A DNA stretch of 55,217 nucleotides from Actinomycetota bacterium (GCA_016208465.1 JACQXZ010000064.1:1-55217); one strand, 5' to 3'. Shown: positions 7,180 to 17,169, counted from the stretch's first letter. Translations and numbers: made by a program. Notes: a model not told the origin generated them from the letters alone.

Positions 7180-8946
7180 ATGGCGAAAATGAGGGTGTAT
7201 GAGCTTGCAAAGCAAGTGGGGATTGTAAGCACAGAACTAATTAAAAATCTGAATAAATTAAATATTGAAGTTAAGAATCATCTTAGCGTAATTGAGGCTG
7301 AGGACGTTGAGAGATTTTTAAACAGTATAAAAAAAAAAAAAAAAGATTCAAAAATCACCGAGAAAGAACCAGAAGCTCCTTTTTCTCACGAATAAAAACC
7401 TGAAGAAAAAGATTCAACCGAAAAAGAAGCTCCAACTGAAAAAGTAGAAAAAACTATCTCCCCGGCAATAGAATTCAAAGAAGGTCTAACAGTTAAAGAA
7501 TTTGCTCAGATTGTAAATAAACCTTCGACTGATATCATAAAGAAGCTTATTGCGTTAGGTGAAATGCTTACAATTAATCAGTCAATGAGCAATGAAGCGA
7601 TTAAGGTTTTAGCTGAAGAACTAGGGTTTGAAGCAAATAGGGCAAGGGGAGCCAAACTTACGGATATCGCAATTTTGGTTGTTGCCGCGGATGATGGTGT
7701 AATGCCTCAGACCATTGAGGCAATTGATCATGCGCTGGCCGCTAAAGTACCGATTCTGGTTGCGATTAATAAAATTGATAAACCGGGCGCAAACCCTGAC
7801 AAAGTGAAAAAAGAACTAGCTGAACAAAATCTTGCTCCAGAAGAATGGGGTGGAGAGACGGTTTTTGTTTCTGTTTCGGCAAAACAAAAAATTAACATTG
7901 ATGAACTTCTGGAAATGATAATTTTGGTTGCGGAACTACAGGAATTAAAAGCAAATCCAAATTGTTTGGCGAGCGGAATAACCATTGAAGCAAAGCTGGA
8001 TAAAGGAAGAGGTCCTGTGGCGACCGTTTTAGTTCAGCGTGGAACTTTGAAGATTGGCGATGCTATAGTGGCTGGATTTTCTTCTGGAAAAGTCCGCGCT
8101 ATGTATGACGACACAGGCAGGAATGTTTTTGAAGCTACTCCGTCCCAGCCGGTTGAGGTTCTTGGTTTTTCAAGTGTTCCTCAGGCAAGCGATTCTGTAA
8201 AAGTAGTTAGAAATGAACGCGAGGCTAAACAAATTGTAGAGGAAAGAATCATTAAGAAAAAATTGTCTGAGCGAAAAACAATTTCCAGCCATGTGACTCT
8301 TGATGATTTATTTAATAAGATTAAGGAAGGAGAAATTCAAGACCTTAACCTTGTAATAAAGGGCGATGTTCAGGGATCTGTTGAAGCGCTGGAGGAGTCT
8401 CTTTTAAAACTAGATCAAAGTGAAGTAAAAATAAATATCATTCATAAAGGCGTGGGTGCGATATCTGAAACAGATGTTATGCTTGCGGCGGCTTCCAATG
8501 CAATTATTATTGGGTTTAATGTAAGACCAGACAGCAAAGCTCGCGAGATGGCTGTAAAAGAAAATGTTGATATGAGAATGTATAGGGTAATTTACAAGGT
8601 TGTTGAAGATATTAATGCGGCAAGGATTGGTATGTTAAAACCTGAATTTGAAGAAGTTGAACGAGGCAGAGCTGAAATTAGAGAAGTTTTTAAGGTTCCG
8701 AAGATAGGATTTATTGCAGGTGTTTTTGTAACCGAAGGTGAGATAAAGCGCAATGATCAGGTGAGATTGGTGAGAGACGGTGTTGTGATTTATGAAGGAA
8801 CAATTTCTTCGCTGAGAAGATTTAAAGATGATGTTGGTTCTGTTAAAGAGGGTTTTGAGTGTGGTATTGGGTTAGAAGATTTTCAGGATGTTAAGGCTGG
8901 AGATGTAATAGAGGCATTTATTTTGAAAGAAAAAGCAAGGGTTTAA
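7180..8946 (+). pseudogene. infB: translation initiation factor IF-2, interrupted by an in-frame TAA (7393-7395) and lacking the G1-G3 GTPase motifs
   Basis: 7180-7392, 7396-7563 and 7564-8946 are all in one frame. Domains present: IF2_N (KEFAQIVNKPSTDIIKKL), G4 NKID, G5 SAK, domains II-C2. No GHVDHGKT or DTPGH: the sequence runs EELGFEAN directly into RARGAKLTDIAILVVAADDG. Confidence 0.85.
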
Positions 8947-8961
8947 AAGGAATGTAGTCAA

Positions 8962-9255
8962 ATGATTATCGGTAGCGCAGAAATGGAATTATTTCTGCCT
9001 GAAGCTAATTCATTAAAAGATAAAAGACAGATTGTCAAAAGTATAACAAGCAAAATTCGGAATAAATTTAATGTTTCAGTTGCGGAGATTGATTATAACG
9101 ATTTATGGCAAAGGGCATTGATTGGAATTTCCTGCGTTTCAGACTCTGATTATCAGGCAAGAAAAATTCTTACTACCATAGAGAAAACTGTTGAAAGTTT
9201 AAATAAAGCAACAATTATTAGTTTTAGAATTAACACATTTAGTTCTTATGAGTAA
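8962..9255 (+). CDS. DUF503 (YlxP-like) protein
   Basis: 97 aa; conserved position between infB and rbfA. Confidence 0.8.
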   Translation: MIIGSAEMELFLPEANSLKDKRQIVKSITSKIRNKFNVSVAEIDYNDLWQRALIGISCVSDSDYQARKILTTIEKTVESLNKATIISFRINTFSSYE

Positions 9256-9265
9256 GAAGTTGAAA

Positions 9266-9335
9266 AGTCACAAGGACACAAAGTCACAAAGACACAAGTG
9301 AAGAAACTTGTGACCTGTGACTTGCAACTTTTTGT
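9266..9335 (+). terminator. GTCACAAG-word hairpin with T-tract (terminator-like)
   Basis: aagtcacaaggacacaaagtcacaaagacacaag ... cttgtgacctgtgacttg, then caacttttt. Confidence 0.6.
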
Positions 9336-9349
9336 TAGGGTGATACAAA

Positions 9350-9700
9350 ATGGATTATCCTCGTTCTGTTCGTTTGGCTGAATCTTTAAAAAAAATAATA
9401 AGCGAATATCTTCATCAAGACCTTAAAGATCCGCGAATTGGTTTTGTTACCATAACAAACGTGGAAGTTACTCAGGATCTGAAATATGCAACTATATTTT
9501 TTAGTATTCTTGAAAAAAAAAGAGAAATTGAAAAAACTATTTTAGCTCTTGAAAACGCAAAAGGTCATATAAGAAAAAAACTCGGAAGAGAATTGAGGTT
9601 AAAATTTATTCCTCAATTAATCTTTAAAATTGATCACTCTTTAGAGGCTACTATGCGCATCTCGAAGATTCTTAATAAAATTCATCAAGAGGAAAAATAA
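9350..9700 (+). CDS. rbfA: ribosome-binding factor A
   Basis: 116 aa; RIGFVTITNVEVTQDLKYATIFFS; synteny. Confidence 0.9.
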   Translation: MDYPRSVRLAESLKKIISEYLHQDLKDPRIGFVTITNVEVTQDLKYATIFFSILEKKREIEKTILALENAKGHIRKKLGRELRLKFIPQLIFKIDHSLEATMRISKILNKIHQEEK

Positions 9701-9706
9701 AAGAAT

Positions 9707-10577
9707 ATGGCGAGAAAAAAATCTGATTTCAATTTGATAGTCGATTTGATAAAAAAAGATGATAAATTTGTAATTTTAACGCATGTTCAACCCGACGGAG
9801 ATGCGTTTGGATCTGTTTTAGGATTAGCAATGCTGCTCAAAAAAATGGGTAAAAATGTTTTTTTGAGCATCGACAAAGATATGAGAATCCCTCCCCAATA
9901 TTCATTTTTACCCGGAGTAGAATTAATTAAATCGATAAATGATTACCATAATGATTTTGTGAATTTTATTGTTTTGGATTGCGGCAGTATTGAACGATTA
10001 GGTTCATGGGAACAAATTGCGAAAAATGCTAAAAATATTATTAATATAGATCATCACAAAAGCAATACAAGGTTTGGAACATTAAACTACATTGATGAAA
10101 AAAGTTCTTCGTCTTCTGAGATGGTATACAAATTGAGTTTAAATCTTGGTGTGGAAATAGATAAAGATATTGCGCTTTGCTTGTATGTCGGCATTGTAAC
10201 CGATACAGGAAAATTCCAATACAGCAACACAACGTCTAAAACATTTAAGAATGCTTTAAAGTTGATTAAATATGATATTTCACCAACTTATGTATTTGAA
10301 AATGTTTACGAAAGAGCTTCCTTGGGATGTCTGAATCTTTTGGGAAAAATTTTAAATAGCGCCAGATTTCTTAAAGATGCCTAATGGAGCAATAAAGGTA
10401 AGTCTTCGTTCGAAAGATGCATTTGGTGTTGATGAAATTGCTGTTAGATTTGGAGGCGGCGGTCATAGAAACGCGGCTGGTTATAATTCATATGAAGATA
10501 TAGACAAAACAGTTGAGTTATTGAGAAATGCAATTAAAGATGTTGGTAAGTCGGAGAGTGAAAGATTTAGGACTTAG
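9707..10577 (+). pseudogene. nrnA: DHH/DHHA1 phosphoesterase (NrnA-like), split into two frames with the inter-domain segment missing
   Basis: DHH motifs (DGDAFGS, IDHHKSN) lie in 9707-10384. The DHHA1 end (IKVSLRSK...GGGGHRNAAG) lies in a different frame at 10377-10577. The combined length is about 45 aa short. Confidence 0.75.
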
Positions 10578-10599
10578 GACATCGGACTTAGGACTTAAA

Positions 10600-11310
10600 A
10601 TGGATGGAATTCTAATTATTAACAAACCTTCTGGTATAACCTCACACGATGTTGTTTTGAAATTAAGAAGGATATTGGGGCAAAGAAAAATAGGGCATGC
10701 TGGAACACTTGATCCAATCGCAACAGGAGTTTTAGTTTTATGTATAGGAAAAGCCACGAAAATTACTCAATTTTTACAGAGTGATGATAAAGAATATGAG
10801 GGAGAAATAATTTTTGGTATCAGAACAAATACAGGTGATATAACAGGAAAAATTGTTGAAGAAAAAGATTGTTCTGACATAAAGGAAGCAGATATAAAAC
10901 AGGTATTCAATAATTTTATTGGAGAGTCACTTCAGACACCGCCTGCTTTCTCCGCAATAAGCGTTAACGGCGAAAGACTCTATAAATTAGCTCGTCGCGG
11001 AGTGAAAGTTGATTTAGAACCAAGGAAGATAAAAATATATAACTTGAGAATGCTTAATATCTCAAGAGACAATATGATTGTTTCATTTAGGGTTAAGTGT
11101 TCAAAAGGAACGTATATTCGTTCGCTTTGTGAAGATGTTGGCAAGTCATTGGGGTGTGTTGCTTCTTTAAAATCATTGAAGCGGATTTCTTCGGGCAATT
11201 TTCATATAAAAGATTCTTTTAACTTAGAAGAAGTAGAAGAATTTGTTAAAAACGGAACTATTGAGGAAAAGGTTTTATCGATGAGCGAAGGTTTGGCGGA
11301 ACGACAGTAG
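10600..11310 (+). CDS. truB: tRNA pseudouridine(55) synthase TruB, apparently lacking the C-terminal PUA domain
   Basis: GHAGTLDPIATGVL catalytic motif. ATG 10600; the track start 10528 lies in a repeat. The ORF ends where repeat DNA begins. Confidence 0.85.
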   Translation: MDGILIINKPSGITSHDVVLKLRRILGQRKIGHAGTLDPIATGVLVLCIGKATKITQFLQSDDKEYEGEIIFGIRTNTGDITGKIVEEKDCSDIKEADIKQVFNNFIGESLQTPPAFSAISVNGERLYKLARRGVKVDLEPRKIKIYNLRMLNISRDNMIVSFRVKCSKGTYIRSLCEDVGKSLGCVASLKSLKRISSGNFHIKDSFNLEEVEEFVKNGTIEEKVLSMSEGLAERQ

Positions 11311-11401
11311 ACAGAGAAGTTAGGAAGACATTAGGCGCTTACAATTCAAATTCGTGTAATTTCTGGCAAAGTATATGAGGTAAGCACCAATTAACAATTA
11401 T

Positions 11402-11613
11402 CAAATAACAAACAAATTCCAATTAAGGAAAATTCAAAATCCGAAACTGACAGCCATGCTGTCATTCTGAGCGAAGCGAAGAATCTTCAAAAACATCTCT
11501 CTATGAGATCCTTCGTCGCAAGCTCCTCAGGATGACATTTCATGTCAGTTTCGATCATTTAAATATTGGAAATTGGAGCTTATTTGTTATTTGGATATTG
11601 AGATTTGGAATTT
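11402..11613. repeat. composite palindromic Element B, copy 1
   Basis: The 104-nt core 11447-11550 differs from 22480-22583 at only 4 positions. The outer arms (caaataacaaacaaattccaat / attggaaattggagcttatttgttatttgg) are mutually complementary. Confidence 0.88.
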
Positions 11614-11679
11614 TTGACTTTTGGTTCCGATTCATTCGGGTTAGGAAGATTGGAAGATGAGAAGATAGGATGATAAAAA

Positions 11680-12624
11680 TTGAGAATAGCTGAAGGTTTT
11701 AAAAAGGATCCATATTATAGTTTGCCCAGCGTTGCGGCTATAGGTTTTTTCGATGGTGTTCATCGGGGACACAAGGCTGTAATCAAAAAAGCGATAAAGG
11801 TCGCTATGAGAAAGAGATCTCAGCCCATAGTAATCACTTTCGACCGGCATCCGCTTGAAACCATAAAACCCGGCAGTCATCCTCCTATTTTAACCAGTAT
11901 ATCTTTAAAAGCGCAGTTAATTGAATCCTTAAATGTTGACTTATTGGTGATAATCCGTTTCACAAAGAAATTTTCACAGCTATCTCCTGCTGAGTTTCTG
12001 AATAAGATTTGCAGTTCAATAAACATAAAAGCAATTGTTGTGGGTGAGAATTTTCATTTTGGAAAAGATGGAGTAGGTGATGTTGAGTTTTTAAAGAAAT
12101 ATGGAGAAGAGCATAATCTTGAAGTAGAAGCCGTTCCGCTTATAAAAACAAAAGGCGACGTGATTAGCAGCACAAGGGTCAGGTCGTTTTTAAAAGACGG
12201 AAGAATAGATGAAGTTCAGGATATACTTGGTTATTTTCCCTTAGTGTACGGTTATGTTGTTGAAGGAGATAAAAGAGGTAGGGTTATTGGATACAGAACA
12301 GCAAATATAGAGACGGATGAAAGAACAATTGTTCCCGGAGAAGGGGTTTATGCAGGATATATTCTGTTTAATGATGAAAAGAAAAAATGTGTTATAAGCA
12401 TAGGAAAAGCTTCAACTTTTTCAAGGGAAGAATCCCTTGTCGAAGCGCATATTTTTGATTTTAATGATGACATTTATGGTGAGTTAGTGGAATTAGAATT
12501 TGTAGAGAAAATCAGAGATCAGTCTAAATTTGAAGACGAAAAAGCGCTGGCTGATCAAATAGAACAGGATATAGAAGAGGCTAAGTCTATTCTTGAAAAA
12601 TTGGAGAATGATTTACTGGTTTAA
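11680..12624 (+). CDS. ribF: bifunctional riboflavin kinase / FMN adenylyltransferase
   Basis: FDGVHRGH N-terminal motif plus a C-terminal riboflavin kinase domain; follows truB. Confidence 0.9.
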   Translation: MRIAEGFKKDPYYSLPSVAAIGFFDGVHRGHKAVIKKAIKVAMRKRSQPIVITFDRHPLETIKPGSHPPILTSISLKAQLIESLNVDLLVIIRFTKKFSQLSPAEFLNKICSSINIKAIVVGENFHFGKDGVGDVEFLKKYGEEHNLEVEAVPLIKTKGDVISSTRVRSFLKDGRIDEVQDILGYFPLVYGYVVEGDKRGRVIGYRTANIETDERTIVPGEGVYAGYILFNDEKKKCVISIGKASTFSREESLVEAHIFDFNDDIYGELVELEFVEKIRDQSKFEDEKALADQIEQDIEEAKSILEKLENDLLV

Positions 12625-12640
12625 AACGTTGAAGAACAAA

Positions 12641-12700
12641 AGAATCGGGTCAGGAGACCCGATTCTATCCTCGGATAGGGTCAGGTCTCCTGACCTGTCC
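12641..12700. repeat. two adjacent REP-like hairpins
   Basis: agaatcgggtc-agga-gacccgattct (11-bp perfect stem), then ggtcagg-tctc-ctgacc. Confidence 0.75.
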
Positions 12701-12872
12701 AGAATTATAATTTCCTATACATTAACAGAGGGTAGATTTGTTATTTACTGAATATATAAAGTGTGATAAGATTATTTTTGTACGAGTTAAGCCTTTACTG
12801 GGATAACGAATCACCGCCGTTTTCCCGGTAGAAGGGGATTTTATTACTTAGGAGGTGAAAGAGGAGTTGGTA

Positions 12873-13139
12873 ATGCCCGGAGATAAGAAAAGTTTAATTA
12901 TAAAGGATTTTCAGCTTCATGAGCAGGACACAGGTTCGCCAGAAGTTCAGGTAGCTATATTATCCAATCGAATTAGTGACTTAACAGAACATCTTAAAAC
13001 ACACAAAAAAGATTATCATTCTCGTCGGGGTTTATTAAAAATGGTTGGGCAGAGAAGAAGATTGTTGAGTTATCTCAAGAAAGTTGATATTGAGAGACAT
13101 AAAACTTTAATTGGAAGATTGGGAATAAGAAGCCAGTAA
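12873..13139 (+). CDS. rpsO: 30S ribosomal protein S15
   Basis: [13 protein letters not shown]...[15 protein letters not shown] 12873 is 6 nt after gaggag. Confidence 0.93.
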   Translation: MPGDKKSLIIKDFQLHEQDTGSPEVQVAILSNRISDLTEHLKTHKKDYHSRRGLLKMVGQRRRLLSYLKKVDIERHKTLIGRLGIRSQ

Positions 13140-13140
13140 A

Positions 13141-13187
13141 GGTCACAAGTCACAAGGCACAAGTAAGGCAAGGCTTTAGTCTTGCTA
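13141..13187. repeat. GTCACAAG solo arm plus a small hairpin, downstream of rpsO
   Basis: ggtcacaagtcacaaggcacaag, then gcaaggctttagtcttgc. Confidence 0.65.
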
Positions 13188-13276
13188 AAAATTAGAAGCT
13201 TTAATGTAAATGAAAAGTGATAACCAATGACTTTAACGTCATTGGTTGCTATATATTTAGGAGGCAAAAATTTAAT

Positions 13277-15457
13277 ATGGCAAATGTCTGTAGAGTAAAA
13301 GCAGATGTGGAAGGCAGAGAATTTTCCATTGAAACAGGCAGGCTGGCAAAGCAGGCTGACGGAGCGGTTCTGGCGCAGTATGGAGAGACAGCGGTATTGG
13401 TCACAGCCGTTGTTTCCAAAGATTCACGTGAAGAAGCAGATTTTTTTCCGCTTACTATCGACGTAGAAGAAAAAATGTATGCCGCGGGAAAATTTCCCGG
13501 TGGTTTTGTGAAAAGAGAAACAAGACCGGGTGAAAAAGCAACGCTAACGGCTCGTTTGATAGATAGACCTTTAAGACCAAGTTTCCCAAAAGGTTTTTGC
13601 AACGATGTTCAGATAATAATTACAGTATTAAGCGCTGATCAGGTTAATTCCCCGGACGTACTGGCTTTAAATGCCGCTTCTGCGGCTCTCACCATCTCAA
13701 AAATTCCTTTCAATGGTCCGATCGGAGCAGTCAGAGTTGGAAAAATTGGCGACAACTGGTTAATAAATCCAACTTTTCAGGATATTATTAATAGCGAATT
13801 GGATATTGTTGTTGCTGGAACAAAGGAAGCAATCCTTATGGTTGAAGGAGGAGCCAAGTTTGTTCCGGAAGATATTGCTCTGGAAGCTTTGACGCGCGGG
13901 CATGATGCTGTTAGAAGGATAATAGACACTCAATTGGAATTGAGAGAAGAACATGAAAAGATTAATGGTCCGATAGAAAAAATGTCTTTCGAATCATTAA
14001 AGATTAATCCCGAGCTGGAAAAAGAAGTGAGAGTATTTATTACCTCAAGAATTGCAGAAGCAATTAAGATAAAAAAGAAAGAAGAAAGCGAAGAAGCGCT
14101 TTCTGAAATCAGAAAAGAAGCAATCGAAAAATTTAAAGACCATACTTCTTTGGAGCCAGAGAGTTCAGATATTGCTTATGAGGGTGTTGCTGGTGAAGTA
14201 GAAGAGCTGGCGAAAAAAAGTAAATTATTAAAAGCACAAGTAAATGCAATATTTAAAACAGTAGAAAAGGAAGAATTTGTAAAGCTTGTTTTAGAAGAGA
14301 AAAGACGGCCGGATGGACGTAAAACAAACGAGATTAGACCGATTAGTTGTGAAGTCGGATTATTGCCGCGGGCTCATGGGAGCGGATTGTTTACCCGTGG
14401 TCAGACTCAGGTCTTAACCGTTCTCACTCTTGGTACCGCGAGCGATGCTCAGACTATTGATAATCTTGATATAGAAGAATCACGTCGTTTTCTGCATCAA
14501 TATAATTTTCCTCCATTTAGTGTAGGAGAAATTGGTTTTTTGCGGGGACCAAAAAGAAGAGATATAGGGCACGGCGCTCTTGCTGAGAGAGCATTGCTTC
14601 CGGTTATTCCTTCAGGGGAAGATTTTCCTTATACAGCCAGACTGGTTTCGGAAGTTTTAGAGTCAAACGGTTCTTCTTCTATGGCAAGCGTGTGCGGAAG
14701 CACATTAGCCTTAATGGATGGCGGAGTAAACATAAAAGCTCCTGTTGCGGGAATAGCGATGGGTCTTGTTTTAAAAGATAACAAATTTGAAGTTCTGACT
14801 GATATTCAGGGAATAGAAGATCATATTGGCGATATGGATTTTAAAGTAGCCGGAACAGCGGAAGGAATAACTGCTTTTCAAATGGATATAAAGGTTCCGG
14901 GGGTTAACAAGGAAATTCTTGAAGCCGCATTAAATCAGGCGAAAGAAGCAAGATTATATATTCTTGACAAGATAAACAGCGCTATCGGCAAGCCGCGTGA
15001 AGAAATGTCGGCTCATGCGCCAAGGATCATCAGTTTTAAAGTTCCTACTGATAAAATCAGAGAAATAATTGGTCCCGGAGGAAAAATTATCAGAGGAATA
15101 ATTGAAGAAACAGGTGTAAGTATTGATATCGAAGATGATGGAACTGTTTTCATTGCCGGCAAAGATGTAGAAATGAGTGATAGAGCAAAGCGGTATATAG
15201 ATCAGATAGTAGAAGAAATAGAAGTTGGCAATAAGTATCTTGGCATTGTAACAAGAGTAACTAACTTTGGAGCTTTTGTTGAGATTACTCCCGGCAAGGA
15301 AGGCTTGATTCATATTTCACGTCTTTCAGATAAAAGAGTTGAAAAAGTTGAAGATGTTGTAAATGTTGGAGATAAAGTTAAGGTTGAGGTATATGAAGTT
15401 GACAGGCAAAACAGGATTAATTTAACTTTGTTAGGTTTGGTAACGTTGAATAAATAG
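13277..15457 (+). CDS. pnp: polyribonucleotide nucleotidyltransferase (PNPase)
   Basis: Two RNase PH domains, KH (GPGGKIIRGI) and S1. ATG 13277 follows taggagg. Confidence 0.93.
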   Translation: MANVCRVKADVEGREFSIETGRLAKQADGAVLAQYGETAVLVTAVVSKDSREEADFFPLTIDVEEKMYAAGKFPGGFVKRETRPGEKATLTARLIDRPLRPSFPKGFCNDVQIIITVLSADQVNSPDVLALNAASAALTISKIPFNGPIGAVRVGKIGDNWLINPTFQDIINSELDIVVAGTKEAILMVEGGAKFVPEDIALEALTRGHDAVRRIIDTQLELREEHEKINGPIEKMSFESLKINPELEKEVRVFITSRIAEAIKIKKKEESEEALSEIRKEAIEKFKDHTSLEPESSDIAYEGVAGEVEELAKKSKLLKAQVNAIFKTVEKEEFVKLVLEEKRRPDGRKTNEIRPISCEVGLLPRAHGSGLFTRGQTQVLTVLTLGTASDAQTIDNLDIEESRRFLHQYNFPPFSVGEIGFLRGPKRRDIGHGALAERALLPVIPSGEDFPYTARLVSEVLESNGSSSMASVCGSTLALMDGGVNIKAPVAGIAMGLVLKDNKFEVLTDIQGIEDHIGDMDFKVAGTAEGITAFQMDIKVPGVNKEILEAALNQAKEARLYILDKINSAIGKPREEMSAHAPRIISFKVPTDKIREIIGPGGKIIRGIIEETGVSIDIEDDGTVFIAGKDVEMSDRAKRYIDQIVEEIEVGNKYLGIVTRVTNFGAFVEITPGKEGLIHISRLSDKRVEKVEDVVNVGDKVKVEVYEVDRQNRINLTLLGLVTLNK

Positions 15458-15522
15458 CGGATGGGCTAGAGAGTTGAGATAGAGAAGAAATTAGTATCGG
15501 TTTAGAATAGGAGTAAGATTCT

Positions 15523-16779
15523 ATGGTTTTCAATAGAAGCATTCTTGATAACGGGATTCGTGTTTTAACAGAGATGCTTCCTCAGGTTCGTTCGGTTACT
15601 CTTGGTTTTTGGGTTGGTGTTGGGTCGAGAGATGAAGCGGAAGAACTAAGCGGCGCGTCACATTTTTTAGAACATATGTTGTTTAAAGGAACAGAAAAGT
15701 ATTCTGCCCGGCAGATTTCAGAAACTTTTGATTCGCTCGGCGGAGAGCTAAACGCATTTTCCGCTAAGGAATATACTTGTTTTTATGCTCGTTTGCTCGA
15801 TGAACACGTTCCTATTGGTGTAGAGATTTTATCTGATATGCTTCAAAATACGCTTTTCAGAGGAAACGATATCTCCTCAGAAAGAGAAGTTGTTCTGGAA
15901 GAAATTAATCTTTACGAAGATACTCCTGACGACAGAATTCACGATCTTTTTGCTTCTGAGCTCTGGAGCAATCATCCTTTAGGCAAAGCAGTATTAGGTC
16001 ATATGGATACTGTAAGTAATTTTACAAGAGAAGAAGTAGTTAATTTTTTCAAACAGCATTATGTTTCAAACAATATTGTAGTTGCCGCGGCGGGTCATAT
16101 TGATCATAATGAACTGGTTTCATTAATAAATAAATATTTTGTTTTAAATGGGAAAATTGCTTTTACAAGAAAATTGTTTGTGCCGGAAGTAGAATCTCAT
16201 ATTGCTGTTTATAATAAAAATACAGAGCAGGCACATATATGTTATGGAACACAGGGTTTATATGCCAAACACGAAGATAGATTTGCGCTCGCAATTCTTG
16301 ACAATATTTTAGGCGGCGGAATGAGCTCTCGTCTTTTTCAGGAGATAAGAGAGAAGAAAGGTCTGGTGTATTCTATTTACTCATATAGTTCTTTATATTC
16401 CGAAACTGGTTTGTTTAGTATTTATGCCGGAACAAGACCTTCTAAAACCGAACAGGTGGTAAGGTTAATTCAGGAAGAAATAGCTAAACTTGTTGAGGAT
16501 GGTGTAATGCTAGAAGAATTAGACCGTTCAAAAAATCATTTAAAAGGCGAATTGGTTTTAAGTCTTGAAAGCACCAGCCACAGGATGAGCCGTTTGGGAA
16601 AATTTGAATTGTGTGAAGGTGAATTTTTGTCGTTAGATGAATTAGTAGAGAGAATAGACAAAGTTACTTTGGATGATGTAAAACGAATAATAAGGAATAT
16701 TTTTGATCCAAACAAAATGGTTCTCACTGTAATAGGTCCTTTTAAAACAAAGGATTTATCTCATTTGTTGGAAAGGTAG
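15523..16779 (+). CDS. M16 family zinc peptidase (YmxG/MlpA-like)
   Basis: HFLEHMLFKGT (HxxEH) motif; follows pnp as in Bacillus. Confidence 0.88.
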   Translation: MVFNRSILDNGIRVLTEMLPQVRSVTLGFWVGVGSRDEAEELSGASHFLEHMLFKGTEKYSARQISETFDSLGGELNAFSAKEYTCFYARLLDEHVPIGVEILSDMLQNTLFRGNDISSEREVVLEEINLYEDTPDDRIHDLFASELWSNHPLGKAVLGHMDTVSNFTREEVVNFFKQHYVSNNIVVAAAGHIDHNELVSLINKYFVLNGKIAFTRKLFVPEVESHIAVYNKNTEQAHICYGTQGLYAKHEDRFALAILDNILGGGMSSRLFQEIREKKGLVYSIYSYSSLYSETGLFSIYAGTRPSKTEQVVRLIQEEIAKLVEDGVMLEELDRSKNHLKGELVLSLESTSHRMSRLGKFELCEGEFLSLDELVERIDKVTLDDVKRIIRNIFDPNKMVLTVIGPFKTKDLSHLLER

Positions 16780-16819
16780 GCGACTCCGATTAATCGGGAT
16801 CGAATTGTAAACTGGAGAT

Positions 16820-17128
16820 TTATAAATAACAAATTTCAAGCACCAAATAAGTTTAAAATCAAAAATAAAACTTGTCCTGAGCAAAGCGAAGGAACTTAAA
16901 ATGACAAGTTAAAATTCAAAGATGAATGCTAAACATATAGGTCTTAGGTCAAAGGTTTGAGGTCTAAAGGAGAAATTCCTAAAACGATCTTATTGATCAC
17001 TTGAATCTTGCATTATAATTTTTTCGTTTTGATATGTATTTTTTATCTTTTATTTTTGATTTTTTTCATATTCGAACATTGGAGCTTATTTGGGATTTGG
17101 ATATTGTTGTTTGAAATTTTTGATTTTT
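16820..17128 (+). repeat. composite nested-palindrome Element C, copy 1 (~310 bp)
   Basis: Concentric arms: acaaatttcaagcaccaaata...cattggagcttatttggg outside, aaaatcaaaaataaaa...gatatgtattttttatcttttatttttgattt inside, with core ataggtcttaggtcaaagg. It is the reverse-complement relative of 43570-43880. Confidence 0.8.
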
Positions 17129-17169
17129 ATCTAGTTCGGTCTTGAAATAAAATAAAGGAATGATAAATT

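Noticed and set aside
7329-7344. A16 tract as the cause of the infB break (frameshift)
   Set aside because: The reading frame is identical on both sides of the tract. The actual interruption is an in-frame TAA 50 nt downstream. The tract remains slippage-prone but is not the lesion.
12700-12872. S15 autoregulatory leader structure upstream of rpsO
   Set aside because: It is plausible by analogy, but I could not identify a convincing pseudoknot or three-way junction by eye, so it is not reported as a feature.
13249-13602. 117-aa minus-strand ORF (and 14954-15313) overlapping pnp
   Set aside because: It is antisense to PNPase, which is unambiguous, and has no independent signals.
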